DNA from: Nitrosopumilaceae archaeon
GTDB lineage: Archaea > Thermoproteota > Nitrososphaeria > Nitrososphaerales > Nitrosopumilaceae
Length of the DNA stretch: 64,000 nt
Assembly (NCBI GenBank): GCA_965207375.1
Contig: OZ242274.1
Coordinates: 1,920,001 to 1,984,000, forward strand
Direction of reading: 5' to 3'
The position numbers were made by a program, and so were the translations under genes. Of this stretch, positions 37,897-48,169 are shown piece by piece. Within the stretch, counting starts at the first letter, position 1, and every line of letters begins with the position of its first letter. The notes under the pieces are model-generated. The model had not been told where the DNA came from. It ran no database searches and worked only from the letters and a program-made list of their open reading frames with translations.

Positions 37897-39852
37897 ATGA
37901 AGTCAAATTTTAGACACATAATGTTGTTTATGCTATTACCTTTACTGCTAACATCAACACTGATGGTTAGCTCCTTTATGGATGCAGATGCTACCAAAGC
38001 CAAAGGAGTATCTACAAGCCAGTACGGTTCTGCCACCGCAGGAATCGTTTGCGGTGACCGACTTTGCTCTGAATATCCCGGTGGACGTGCCGAGTTTGAA
38101 CAGACATGGATGACCCCAAAGGTTCAGGATACACAACAAGACCACATGGATGACAAATTGACGTATAATATAGACGATATTTGTGGCACCGTACACGATA
38201 CAAAACACAAAGACCATACAAAACATGACATGGAAGATAAACATGATGCAATAGATGAAAGAATGCACAAAATACACATGAAGATATGCAGCGTGTTGAC
38301 AAATTATAACAGCATGCAAGGTCATGATGAAAGGATGATGTCAGTAAATGAAAAACATCACCTAAAGAAAGTACTAGAGCATCACGAAGAGATGGCAGAA
38401 TACTTTCACATGATGTTAAATCACAAAGAAATGTTGAAAATGTCAGTAAATGAAGGACTATCTCAGGACGTGCTAGACTCTTACAAGGACATGCTAATGA
38501 AATATATCGACATGTTGGAATTTCACATTTTGATTGCATCCTTTCATGATTCGGACCTAAATGCAGGATCAATGCATCATGAAAAAATGAAAGAAAAGCA
38601 CGATGACGATAAAACAATGTCTGAAGGTGAGCATATGCACATCAAGCAGATAAAACAACATCTACAAATGATGGAGGGGCACCAACAAATGATGTTAAAT
38701 CACAAAGAAATGTTGAAAATGTCAGTAAATGAAGGACTATCTCAGGACGTGCTAGACTCTTACAAGGACATGCTAATGAAATATTCAGAAATAAAGGATG
38801 CATATCACAAGGCTACTACCTATCACGATGAAAGACATGAAAAGATGCAAACAGGCGACGAAAAAACAAAGTGGACTGCAGAATATGATGCTGAACCAAC
38901 ACTCAAACTTTCAAGGGCCAACGTACCTGCACAAATTCCACTACACATGGGACACTATGACGGCCAAGATGTCTATTATATAATCACAGATTCTAGTGAT
39001 CCCACCCATGCAGAGGTAATAACAGAAAAGCAGGGATGGAATGTAGAGCTTGCTCCGGTTTTGGAATATACTCCAGACTCTGCCCTCTCAAAGACATACT
39101 TTTTCACCAATGGAATCTCAGGTGACGGGGTTCACAATTATCAAAATCAAGTATTTACAAGCATTCCAGGACAAGATAACTATAGTGCATTGACTTCACA
39201 CATTCACGTGACATGGGCAGATGAAAGCAATGCACGCGTATTGACATCAGAGGCAGAAATACTTTTAGCTGCAGAGGATGGCGAGATAGTCATGTCTGAT
39301 CTTCCGGTAGTTCTCAACATGCCACACATAGTCTGGCCAGGAGGTCAGATGACGGTAGTTGACAGAGTATTAGAGGATGATTCCCCATACGGAGGAGGCC
39401 AAGTTCTAGACATTGACACCGAAGAGATGACTGTAACATTTATCGCACATAGAGGCTGGGGTCCTGACGGCAGAACCATCTACTATATAGTAACTGACGC
39501 AACGCCTAGTGGTCCAGCAGAGATGATGGGCGTGATTCACTCTCCATCATCTGCCAATCTACTTGCCAATGCAGCAGCAGTAGACTTGTATCAATTCAAA
39601 AATGGAATAAAAGGATCAGGTCCATTAGGATTCCAACCAGGAATCGCAACCGGAGCTCCAGGTGATGCAAATTATAGTCCAATGTGGAGAATATTTCTCA
39701 TAGAGTGGCAGAATCAAGATGATGCAGCAGTATTAGAAACCATTGGCGATATCAACGCATACAAAAATGAAGGATTAATCAGTACAAGTATTGCAAAACC
39801 GATGGACAGCGATCATATTGTCAACTGTCCATTTATTGATCCCTTTCAATAG
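37897..39852 (+). CDS. secreted His/Met-rich protein with two C-terminal YYI(I/V)TD...YS(A/P) domains
   Basis: Signal peptide, GIVCGDRLCSE motif, His/Met-rich middle, duplicated C-terminal domain ending VNCPF. Confidence 0.85.
   Translation: MKSNFRHIMLFMLLPLLLTSTLMVSSFMDADATKAKGVSTSQYGSATAGIVCGDRLCSEYPGGRAEFEQTWMTPKVQDTQQDHMDDKLTYNIDDICGTVHDTKHKDHTKHDMEDKHDAIDERMHKIHMKICSVLTNYNSMQGHDERMMSVNEKHHLKKVLEHHEEMAEYFHMMLNHKEMLKMSVNEGLSQDVLDSYKDMLMKYIDMLEFHILIASFHDSDLNAGSMHHEKMKEKHDDDKTMSEGEHMHIKQIKQHLQMMEGHQQMMLNHKEMLKMSVNEGLSQDVLDSYKDMLMKYSEIKDAYHKATTYHDERHEKMQTGDEKTKWTAEYDAEPTLKLSRANVPAQIPLHMGHYDGQDVYYIITDSSDPTHAEVITEKQGWNVELAPVLEYTPDSALSKTYFFTNGISGDGVHNYQNQVFTSIPGQDNYSALTSHIHVTWADESNARVLTSEAEILLAAEDGEIVMSDLPVVLNMPHIVWPGGQMTVVDRVLEDDSPYGGGQVLDIDTEEMTVTFIAHRGWGPDGRTIYYIVTDATPSGPAEMMGVIHSPSSANLLANAAAVDLYQFKNGIKGSGPLGFQPGIATGAPGDANYSPMWRIFLIEWQNQDDAAVLETIGDINAYKNEGLISTSIAKPMDSDHIVNCPFIDPFQ
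38410..38784 (+). repeat. identical 96-bp in-frame duplication
   Basis: 38410-38505 = 38689-38784, encoding MMLNHKEMLKMSVNEGLSQDVLDSYKDMLMKY. Confidence 0.95.
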
Positions 39853-39898
39853 GGAATCTTTTGGTTAAAGACAAATAGAACCCAAATTGTAATGTATC

Positions 39899-40150
39899 AT
39901 GGATTTTATGCTAGAAGAGGAATTGATTGATCTTTTTACATTTTGCCTGCAAAATCCAGAATCCTCCAAAGTTGCAGAAAAAAAAGCACGAATCACTGAA
40001 ATTGGAAAAGAGATACATGCAGATGGCGGAACAGACGCAATGGAGAACTTTTTCTTTGCAATAAAAAACAGGATAATTGGGGAAATTGAAAAAGACCCAG
40101 AGCCGTTTCGTGCCCTGTGGAATGATATAGATCCCAAATGGAGTCATTGA
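39899..40150 (+). CDS. small hypothetical protein
   Basis: Clean ATG ORF (EIGKEIHADGG...LWNDIDPKW). Confidence 0.7.
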   Translation: MDFMLEEELIDLFTFCLQNPESSKVAEKKARITEIGKEIHADGGTDAMENFFFAIKNRIIGEIEKDPEPFRALWNDIDPKWSH

Positions 40151-40362
40151 TTTTGGATGGAAACGCCACATGTGGTAAAGATGCCATAGTTTTTGAAAAC
40201 GTGTGGAGACAAACAGGGTGAGAACCACATACCGGGTAAAAATCAACTTGGTCAAAATCACTTGTATGTAGTTAAATCTAGCACATGGCAACGTGCAAGT
40301 TTTTGCAATCAGGTAACCACAAAAATACTGCAAAAGGAAAAGATTTGAAAAAAAGAATAAGT

Positions 40363-40506
40363 TCAGGCTTTTCCGATCCTGAATATCTGAGTGCTGCAGG
40401 TTGGACATACGCCTTTTACCGCAGGTTTTCCATTTTTGAGAGTAGTTGGTGTGACACCTTGAATTTCTCTCTTATCGCGACATTTTACACAATATCCGAT
40501 TGTCAT
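40363..40506 (-). CDS. 47-aa Zn-ribbon protein (DUF5679-like)
   Basis: MTIGYCVKCRDKREIQGVTPTTLKNGKPAVKGVCPTCSTQIFRIGKA (manual; below the track cut-off). Confidence 0.85.
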   Translation of the reverse strand: MTIGYCVKCRDKREIQGVTPTTLKNGKPAVKGVCPTCSTQIFRIGKA

Positions 40507-40659
40507 ACTTTTTTTTGTACATCATCTTATTAGCAAGAACGTGTAAAATTATTTTTACCATATGGCAAACTGCCGATCTTATTTTATTTCACCAAAATTA
40601 AATCAGTTATCCATATTTTTGCTAAATTACATATAAAATGTACAAATTTTTGTAAAAAT

Positions 40660-41085
40660 CTAACTTGCAGTGATTATGATAACTGACAATTTTGCCAAAG
40701 GCAATTGTGTTGTAAAGTCATCCCAGACAAAGATTTCTGCAGTGTACTCTCCAACAAATTCAGGAGTCCACGAAAGAGAAGGGCTGAAAATCTGGTTTGC
40801 ATCAAGGGTTCCTGAGAACCATCCCAGAGAAATTATTTTTTGATCAGAGTCTTTTATCTGTACTATGTATACAAATGATTGCTTTATGTTTTGGTTGTTT
40901 TGTACATCAGACATTATCTGGACATTCTGGTTTACACCGATTTTATTTCCAACAGGACTATTAAGCTGATTTACCAATCTCGGGTTATCCACACTAGTTT
41001 TGTCTAGTGAGCTTGATGCAAATGCAGGATATGCCTGAGCTGCCCCCATGATAACGATTACGGCTAGTGCCAGAATTATTAACAC
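40660..41085 (-). CDS. secreted Ig-like domain protein
   Basis: Signal peptide; FVYIVQIKD...LSWTP...GEYTAEIFVW pattern. Confidence 0.8.
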   Translation of the reverse strand: MLIILALAVIVIMGAAQAYPAFASSSLDKTSVDNPRLVNQLNSPVGNKIGVNQNVQIMSDVQNNQNIKQSFVYIVQIKDSDQKIISLGWFSGTLDANQIFSPSLSWTPEFVGEYTAEIFVWDDFTTQLPLAKLSVIIITAS

Positions 41086-41136
41086 ATTTTCAGAACGGAT
41101 TTCTTTCCAATAAAGGGTTTGTGTATTTTTGTCATA

Positions 41137-42585
41137 TTACCATTTGAGATATCGAGTCATTTTTCCCCTTTTTGTGATGATTTTATCAGGATTCAGAATA
41201 TCGCCAGGATCTAAAATTTTTTTTAATTTTTTAAACATTTTATAGTTTCTTGAGCCATACTGAGCCTTTACAAATTCTGATCTTGCCAGTCCGTCACCGT
41301 GCTCTGCAGTAATGGTGCCATGTAGTTTGAGTATTTCTTTAAAAAATTCAGCAGATGCGTTTTTCAATAAAGCCTTTGATGGCTTTTTGGCAACTAGTCG
41401 GACATGCAAATTTCCATTTCCTGCATGGCCATACATGACAGTCTTTGTTTTGTATTTGCTGTTAATTTTTTGAATTATCAAAAGCAGCTTGTCAAATTTT
41501 TCAACAGGTACGGCACTGTCTTCTATAACATGCGGTACCAGCCGTTGTTTTGATATGGTACTCAAACTGTAAGACAGTGCCAAATTCCTGTAATTCCACC
41601 ATTTTGCTATTTGGTTTTTGTTGTTTATGCAAAGTATCACCTTTCCTTCTACGATTTTTTTGGTTTTTGTTACTTTTTGTATGACATTTTCATCAAACTC
41701 TACAAACAATAACAGACAGGTATTTTTTGGAAATTCATGTTTAATGTTTTTGATTGTTTTTTTATCTACATATTCAACTGCAGCAGGATTTAATTTTAAA
41801 ATATTCATCAAGTCATTTGAAATAGATTTTTCAGAATCATATGCAATAACAAGTAAGGATTTTTGTTTTGGGATATCTAATATCTTAAATTTTGCAGAGA
41901 CTATTATTCCCAATGTTCCCTCCGAGCCTGCAATCACTTTGTGGGTGTGATTGATATCCATAACCGAATTGAGCATATAGCCGCATGAATTTTTTGAGGT
42001 ATTTGGATACATTGTTGTGTCTATTTGTTTTGCGATTTCAAAAATCTGTTTGCCTGTTCCGTCAGTGTTTGGAAGTTTGATTTTTTTGCCGGTTCCATCT
42101 ATGATGGTGACTTGCAGCATATTATCAACTACGCTACCATATTTTAGAGCATGACTTCCACTTGCATTTGTTCCAATCATGCCACCCATACTACAGTATT
42201 TTCCCACAGATGGATTTGGTGCAAGGAATTTTTTCCTTTTTAGTAGTTTTTTATCCAATATTCCTTTGATTGTTCCGGGTTGCACTATGACAGATTTTTT
42301 CAAAATTTTTATTTTGTTCATATTTTTTAAATCCAAAATAATTCCCTTGCCCAATGCACTGCCAACTAGACCTGTACCTGCACCCCGTGCAGTTATTGAG
42401 ATATTGTTTTTATTTGCAAACTTTACCAGTTGAATTATTTCATTTTCATTATTTGGAAAAACCACCGCCTGTGGCCTGATTTGATAGCAACTAGCATCAA
42501 CTGAATAATAGTTTAAAATTAAATCGTCATCTTGTATTGTGCAATCGAATTTTTTTTCCAGATGCTTTCTGAGTTGTTTGTTCAT
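41137..42585 (-). CDS. FAD-linked oxidase (GlcD/D-lactate dehydrogenase-like)
   Basis: YSVDAS, RGAGTGLVG, GGMIGTNASG, GSEGTLGII, GHAGNGNLH, EHGDG, DPGDILNPDK. Confidence 0.9.
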   Translation of the reverse strand: MNKQLRKHLEKKFDCTIQDDDLILNYYSVDASCYQIRPQAVVFPNNENEIIQLVKFANKNNISITARGAGTGLVGSALGKGIILDLKNMNKIKILKKSVIVQPGTIKGILDKKLLKRKKFLAPNPSVGKYCSMGGMIGTNASGSHALKYGSVVDNMLQVTIIDGTGKKIKLPNTDGTGKQIFEIAKQIDTTMYPNTSKNSCGYMLNSVMDINHTHKVIAGSEGTLGIIVSAKFKILDIPKQKSLLVIAYDSEKSISNDLMNILKLNPAAVEYVDKKTIKNIKHEFPKNTCLLLFVEFDENVIQKVTKTKKIVEGKVILCINNKNQIAKWWNYRNLALSYSLSTISKQRLVPHVIEDSAVPVEKFDKLLLIIQKINSKYKTKTVMYGHAGNGNLHVRLVAKKPSKALLKNASAEFFKEILKLHGTITAEHGDGLARSEFVKAQYGSRNYKMFKKLKKILDPGDILNPDKIITKRGKMTRYLKW

Positions 42586-42586
42586 T

Positions 42587-43912
42587 CTACAAACTTATTC
42601 GGTAATAATCCCATCTTTCCGGATCAAATAACGTCACAAACTCGGCATCCTCTTTGGATTCTATTCTTTTTCGTATTACATCTCTTAGGGCAAAACTTGT
42701 CAGATACTTGAATTTCATGGATTCGGCCTGCATGACAAACATGTGTCTCATTTCACTGCCTCCCCGCATTCCCCAATATCCCATTTTGAGTGCCAACGGT
42801 TCTAGGAAAACTGTATTGTATAGTCCAAAGTTTTTGTCCTGTATTTCCGGGCGAAGTTTGTATGATTCTAATGGTCCGCCTTTTGCAAAGCCTATGATTT
42901 CTCCGTTTGGATTGTCTAGTCTAAGTGTGTTTAAAATAAAACTGGGATTTTTTATCGACTCTTCAAATTCATCTCTTGTAAATTGTAACGGTCTTGGAAG
43001 CTCATCATAAATTGCCAACAATGATTTGATAAAATATTCATTGCTCCTAGTATTCATTTTTTCTATGGTCGGTATTAGTTTGAGATTCTCAAATGCAAAA
43101 TCTGCCTGAATTTTAATTTCCTGCTGTCTGAGATTCATAAAGGATTGCACAGTGTTGAAAAAATTTTGGCGCATATGTTTTGGCAAAGCCTTTAGAACAT
43201 ATTGCGACACATATTCCTCTGAATTTAATAGATCTTCAAAATATGCCACTGAGCTTCGGACAATAACTGCAGGATGCCATGCAGATGCATGAGCATTCAT
43301 TTTTGCCATCTCCATTGCCTTTGCAAAATCACCTAATGCATATCCAGACATCCTATCCACTATGGATAAAAACCACCCCAGCTCTAAAATTTTATTTTGT
43401 CTTGCCTTGTCATGTTTTGTTGTAGGTGACAGCTCAAAACATTTGGCTATGTGACCTTCTGCATCAGTCTTTAGTTGTCCCTTCCACGGATATGTGGTTC
43501 TTAAAATTAACACCTTGATAATTTCAAGGTCAACATTTACTGCATCTAATAACTGTTTTAGATTTTTATCCATTGAAATAAAATTGATCACACTTTGCTC
43601 GTGTGGCTTGTCTACGCTTTTTTGGGGATCAAAGTCATGAAACAGTGCGGCTGTGAACAAGTATTTCATGTCATCTATAGTTAATTCGTTTTTGTTCAGA
43701 TAATATTTCCCAAACAGTAACGTGGTATATGTTACCTCTAATTCGTGATTGATATTGTGATATCCATAATAGTCTGTCCCAAGCCCCTGTGTTTCAAAAA
43801 GATCAATAGTATAGTCTAACATCTTTAGATAGCAGTCATCATCTAATCCACAAGATTCTGCAAGTTCCTTAATCTGATTGCGCATTGCATGAGGGGTTGC
43901 AAATTGCTGCAT
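42587..43912 (-). CDS. HD-domain protein with GNAT-like C-terminal domain
   Basis: YHNINHELEV...AALFHDFD; C-terminal GEIIGFAKG...VFLEPLAL...YWGMRGG. Confidence 0.75.
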   Translation of the reverse strand: MQQFATPHAMRNQIKELAESCGLDDDCYLKMLDYTIDLFETQGLGTDYYGYHNINHELEVTYTTLLFGKYYLNKNELTIDDMKYLFTAALFHDFDPQKSVDKPHEQSVINFISMDKNLKQLLDAVNVDLEIIKVLILRTTYPWKGQLKTDAEGHIAKCFELSPTTKHDKARQNKILELGWFLSIVDRMSGYALGDFAKAMEMAKMNAHASAWHPAVIVRSSVAYFEDLLNSEEYVSQYVLKALPKHMRQNFFNTVQSFMNLRQQEIKIQADFAFENLKLIPTIEKMNTRSNEYFIKSLLAIYDELPRPLQFTRDEFEESIKNPSFILNTLRLDNPNGEIIGFAKGGPLESYKLRPEIQDKNFGLYNTVFLEPLALKMGYWGMRGGSEMRHMFVMQAESMKFKYLTSFALRDVIRKRIESKEDAEFVTLFDPERWDYYRISL

Positions 43913-43988
43913 TAGTACATCGATCTATTACTATTTTTTAAAGATGTAGAGATTTTGCTTTATAAAACGCCTGATATTATTTGTCTTT

Positions 43989-44366
43989 ATGGGTTTTGAC
44001 GAGTCACTAGTTGAGAAAATTCTACAGTCAGAGCCTACATGGACCATAAACGTGCAAAAAAAACAATATGTTCCAAGCTCTGTTGACATTGTAGAATCTG
44101 TCATACCGGTTAAAAAGCCAAGTATGCGTGGAGGTGTTTATTTTTCTCAAACCAAAGCCTACAAGATACGGTGCTGCATCGAGGACTCATCTGTTGCTAC
44201 TGTTTTGACCGGCACCATGTTAGGTCCCAATACAGAGTTTGTTCCAATAAAACTCACCGCATCTGTTTGTTCATCCAAGTATGTCATTATGGCAAATCTT
44301 ACCAATTATGTTCAAACCAAAAACGACACACAGCTAAATCTCATCATTGTCGATGTTTTTGACTAG
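43989..44366 (+). CDS. hypothetical protein
   Basis: PVKKPSMRGGVYFS and MLGPNTEF segments. Confidence 0.7.
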   Translation: MGFDESLVEKILQSEPTWTINVQKKQYVPSSVDIVESVIPVKKPSMRGGVYFSQTKAYKIRCCIEDSSVATVLTGTMLGPNTEFVPIKLTASVCSSKYVIMANLTNYVQTKNDTQLNLIIVDVFD

Positions 44367-44870
44367 GTCATATTGCGCACGTTGTTGAGGATCTGAAAGT
44401 ATTTCGTATGCTTGGTTGATTTGTGCCATTGTCTCTTTTGCATCTTGCTGTGTACTTTTGTCGGGATGACTTTGTTTGGCCAGTTTACGATATTGTTGCT
44501 TGATCTCTTTTGATGTTGCATCTTTTTGGATGTCTAAGATTGCATACAAATCCGGCAGAGATTCGATATCAAGTGTGTTAAATTTTTCCCAGGGTTTACG
44601 GTTTCTTGAACCCAAATCCTCATAATCATCATTCCAGTCAGAGTGATACTTGTCATAGTCTTTATTTTTTTGAGATTCTAGATTTTTTTCATCATATGCT
44701 GTTTTTTTGCGCAATATCATATCCCTTGCCAGATAGATGAAAATGGCCGCTACTGCTATGATAAATCCGATAAAAATAGTCATTTGATCTTCGGCAGAAA
44801 CTACAACCTCTTGGGCATGTATCGGTAAAATTAAACCAAGCAAAAACACAGCTATGATGATTGTTTTCAT
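44334..44870 (-). CDS. membrane-anchored J-domain protein
   Basis: Signal/TM segments; DLYAIL...YRKLAKQSHPDK...INQAYEILSDP. Confidence 0.9.
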   Translation of the reverse strand: MKTIIIAVFLLGLILPIHAQEVVVSAEDQMTIFIGFIIAVAAIFIYLARDMILRKKTAYDEKNLESQKNKDYDKYHSDWNDDYEDLGSRNRKPWEKFNTLDIESLPDLYAILDIQKDATSKEIKQQYRKLAKQSHPDKSTQQDAKETMAQINQAYEILSDPQQRAQYDLVKNIDNDEI

Positions 44871-44871
44871 T

Positions 44872-45309
44872 TTATGTCAGTCGAAAATCTTCTTTGACCG
44901 TATTTAGAACCAAATGAGTAATGGTGTTCTCTACGTGAGGTATGCTCGATATTCCTTTGACAAATTTGCTCAATTCAGTTCTTCCTTGAAATTTTGCTAT
45001 TACCAGTGTGTCGGTGTTTCCCGTAACATCATAGACTCCACACACATTTTCTATATCCGATAACTTGTCTTCGACCTCTACAATTTTGTCTTTTTTGGCA
45101 ATAATTTCAATGATTGCAGTAAGATTATACCCTAATTGTTCATGATCTAATCTCGCCGTATATCCTTGGATGATCTTTGCCTTTTCTAGTTTTTTTATTC
45201 GAGACAGTACCGTAACTGTGGACAGGCCTAGCTTTAGTGCAAGCTGTCGTGCTGATAGTCGAGAATCTACCACCAAATTTTTAAGAATTTTTTCATTAAT
45301 CTTGTCCAT
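44872..45309 (-). CDS. Lrp/AsnC transcriptional regulator
   Basis: DSRLSARQLA...TVLSRIKKLE...IIQGY; VYDVTGNTD. Confidence 0.93.
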   Translation of the reverse strand: MDKINEKILKNLVVDSRLSARQLALKLGLSTVTVLSRIKKLEKAKIIQGYTARLDHEQLGYNLTAIIEIIAKKDKIVEVEDKLSDIENVCGVYDVTGNTDTLVIAKFQGRTELSKFVKGISSIPHVENTITHLVLNTVKEDFRLT

Positions 45310-45434
45310 TTATGTATATGGTACAACTGAAAATGTATTTAAATTTTTAATTAATTTTTGTACGTGTGTTTATTGAAAAGAGAAAAGATGATAGGCATCA
45401 TCACTTTTTATGTTGTTGATTTTTATGACTATAC

Positions 45435-45662
45435 ATGGAGCAAATTGACAAGCTAGTTTCTAGGGGTAAAAAAATGCTAGATGCGCAAAAATTCGAACTT
45501 GCTTTGGAATTTTTTGAGCAGGCACTGTTACTTGATCAGACCGATCCAGATTTGTGGAACAACAAGGCAGTAGCTTTGAGAAGCATAGGCAGATATCAAG
45601 AGGCAATCGAGTGCTTTAACAAGTCTCTTGAAATTGACCCACGTGACAGACAATCCTCATAA
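45435..45662 (+). CDS. short TPR protein
   Basis: ALEFFEQAL, WNNKAVAL...GRYQEAIECFNKSLEIDP. Confidence 0.85.
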   Translation: MEQIDKLVSRGKKMLDAQKFELALEFFEQALLLDQTDPDLWNNKAVALRSIGRYQEAIECFNKSLEIDPRDRQSS

Positions 45663-45679
45663 TTGGTTAGGGATACACA

Positions 45680-45706
45680 GTGATTTTAAAAAAGAATGGA
45701 ACCCAA
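45680..45706 (+). mobile_element. isolated IS630-B left end
   Basis: GTGATTTTAAAAAAGAATGGAACCCAA, identical to 18167-18193. Confidence 0.85.
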
Positions 45707-45841
45707 CTTGCGTAATCAGACATGACTATACAATAATGGAATTTATGATTTCAATCTTTTTTTATGATTACTAGACGTCATCTAGATATTACAATAACCT
45801 CAACGCTAAAAGACGATTAATCTTAGAAATGCCGTTAAACA

Positions 45842-46369
45842 ATGAGTATAATATTATCAGGATCAGTACATATTTTGATGGATGACAAAGCTGAGCGACT
45901 CATGTCTCAGGCCTATGAACTGTGTGAAGAGGGTTTCTTTGATGATGCATTGTCATGTTATGAACAAGTTCTAAAAATGGATCCAAACAATATATCGGCC
46001 ATAGTGAACAAGGCAACAACATTGCAAAATATAGGATATTGTAAAAAAGCAATTGCAATATTTGACGAGGTACTAAAACTAGAATCTACCAATGTTGATG
46101 CCTTACTAAACAAGGGCGCAGCATTGCACACTTTGGAAAGATTTGATGAGGCCATATCCTGCTATGATATAATTTTAAAACACGATAAAAAATCCGCCTT
46201 GGCCTTTGCTTACAAGGGATTGTCATTGGGAGAAAAAGGGAATCTCAAAGAGGCATTAAAGCATTTCAAAAAGGCGCTTGCAATAGATGGCAACTACAAG
46301 TTGGCAAATATTAGCAAAAAGCGTGCAGAGCAGTTGTTAGAGTCATCAAAAAAATCTAAAACACAGTAA
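45842..46369 (+). CDS. TPR protein
   Basis: Four TPR-like units; the start may be at MDDKAE. Confidence 0.85.
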   Translation: MSIILSGSVHILMDDKAERLMSQAYELCEEGFFDDALSCYEQVLKMDPNNISAIVNKATTLQNIGYCKKAIAIFDEVLKLESTNVDALLNKGAALHTLERFDEAISCYDIILKHDKKSALAFAYKGLSLGEKGNLKEALKHFKKALAIDGNYKLANISKKRAEQLLESSKKSKTQ

Positions 46370-46529
46370 CGTCGCCGGGTGCAGGCTCTTTTTTGATGTT
46401 TGAATCGTGTTGATTTTGCAATTCACCATGTTTTATCTTCTGATGCTGTCGTAACTGCTCAATGTCTGAAAACCCTTGATGACAAAGATAGCATTTAGGC
46501 TTGTCTTCATCAACTAGTGGCAACACCAT
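46356..46529 (-). CDS. 57-aa C2H2 zinc-finger protein
   Basis: MVLPLVDEDKPKCYLCHQGFSDIEQLRQHQKIKH...EPAPGDVTVF (manual). Confidence 0.75.
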   Translation of the reverse strand: MVLPLVDEDKPKCYLCHQGFSDIEQLRQHQKIKHGELQNQHDSNIKKEPAPGDVTVF

Positions 46530-46592
46530 GTTTGATGTTTCATTTGCCCGTATTTAAAATCAGACTACAACTTTAATTATATATTTGCTGTA

Positions 46593-47705
46593 ATGATTGA
46601 AATTTGCATGTTGGAAAATATAGTAAACAGCTCTGATGCATTAGAAAAGGCAATTGCAGGAGAAGAGTTGACATTTGATGACGGAGTTGAGCTAATGAAT
46701 TACGATAATCTTCACATGTTAGGTGCAGTAGCCGATGACTTGCGCCAAAAAACGGTTGGAGAGACGGTGACTTTTGCTGCCTCATATTATATGAATTACA
46801 CAAACGTTTGTGCAGCTAGTTGTCAAATGTGTGCATTTTACAGAAAAGGTGACGAAGACGATGCATATACTTTGACGCCAGAACAAATTGAACAGCGTGT
46901 AGGTATTGCAAAACAAATGGGGGCAACTGAGGTTCACATAGTTGGAGGATTTCATCCAAAACTTCAACTAGATTACTATGAAGACATGATGCGTGCAATC
47001 AAATCCAAGCATCCCGAATTAAATATCAAGGCATTTACTGCAGCAGAAATTTTCTTTTTGTCAAAATTAACAAAAACTTCAGTTAAGGAAATACTTGCAC
47101 GTCTCAAAGATGCAGGATTAAACTCAATGCCGGGTGGAGGAGCTGAACTATTCCATCCAGATATTAGAAAAGATATCGTTCGTGGTAAATGTTCTGGTCA
47201 ACAATGGCTTGACACAATTGAACAGGCCCACAAATTAGGAATAAAAAGCAACGTCACAATGCTGTATGGGCACATTGAAAAGCCCGAACACGTTGTAGAT
47301 CACCTAATCAAAATCCGCAAATTACAAAAAAAGACAGGAGGATTCATTACATTAATTCCTCTAAAATTCAGTCTTGACAATACAGAACTTGAGGTCAGAC
47401 ATCAAGTAACTCATGAATGTTCTAGCGTATATGATTTGAAAATAATAGCACTCTCAAGATTAATGCTTGCTAATGTACTTGACAACATTTCAGTATACTG
47501 GGTAGCATACGGTAAAAAGCTTGCACAGGTGGCACTGTCTAATGGAGGCAATGACTTGGTAGGCACGGCGTTTTCTGAAGAAATTTACCGTGCTGCAGGA
47601 AAGCCTACTGATTCATCAGTTGATGAGCTAGCAACACTTGTAAAAGAGATCCAAAGAAGGCCGGTACAGCGCGACACGTTCTTTAATCAAATCAAAACAT
47701 TCTAG
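46593..47705 (+). CDS. mqnE: CofH/MqnE-family radical SAM enzyme, probably aminofutalosine synthase
   Basis: NYTNVCAASCQMCAF, EVHIVGG, KAFTAAEI, MPGGGAE, TMLYGHIE, VYWV. Confidence 0.75.
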   Translation: MIEICMLENIVNSSDALEKAIAGEELTFDDGVELMNYDNLHMLGAVADDLRQKTVGETVTFAASYYMNYTNVCAASCQMCAFYRKGDEDDAYTLTPEQIEQRVGIAKQMGATEVHIVGGFHPKLQLDYYEDMMRAIKSKHPELNIKAFTAAEIFFLSKLTKTSVKEILARLKDAGLNSMPGGGAELFHPDIRKDIVRGKCSGQQWLDTIEQAHKLGIKSNVTMLYGHIEKPEHVVDHLIKIRKLQKKTGGFITLIPLKFSLDNTELEVRHQVTHECSSVYDLKIIALSRLMLANVLDNISVYWVAYGKKLAQVALSNGGNDLVGTAFSEEIYRAAGKPTDSSVDELATLVKEIQRRPVQRDTFFNQIKTF

Positions 47706-47776
47706 TGCACGTGTCAAATTTATGCAAATCTTTTTGATTTAACGAGTTTTATAACACATGTTATTACGAGTCAAAG

Positions 47777-48061
47777 TTACATGCCCACATCTGGCTTTTT
47801 TTCCACTTTTTTGGGCCCTCCCTTTCTTTTCCTACGAGCTCCAAATGAGACCAAAACAAGTAAGAATCCCACTCCAATCAAAATGCCTGCAAGTGTATTC
47901 ATGTCCTCATTTTCTTGCTGTTTTAATAGAAGTTCCAAGGTCTCCTCTTCGGTCATTCCGGTAGTGCCAACAGGTACAGATGAACTAACGGATACAGATA
48001 AGGAAAATCCTACAACTAACATTGCTAGTCCTCCTGCTAAAATCCTCTTGTCAATTAACAC
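47777..48061 (-). CDS. two-TM membrane protein
   Basis: Two hydrophobic helices and a basic tail. Confidence 0.75.
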   Translation of the reverse strand: MLIDKRILAGGLAMLVVGFSLSVSVSSSVPVGTTGMTEEETLELLLKQQENEDMNTLAGILIGVGFLLVLVSFGARRKRKGGPKKVEKKPDVGM

Positions 48062-48169
48062 AAGATAATTTAAAATTGATTATATATAGAGTGTTTGTGG
48101 TGCAGTATGCCACAAATTCATCATATAACTGAGGCAGGCATTGTTGCAATGCAGTAGCAAAAAAATATT

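Noticed and set aside
39911-40533. 165-aa and 82-aa track ORFs
   Set aside because: Implausible composition; the region is explained by 39899-40150 and the 47-aa Zn ribbon at 40363-40506.
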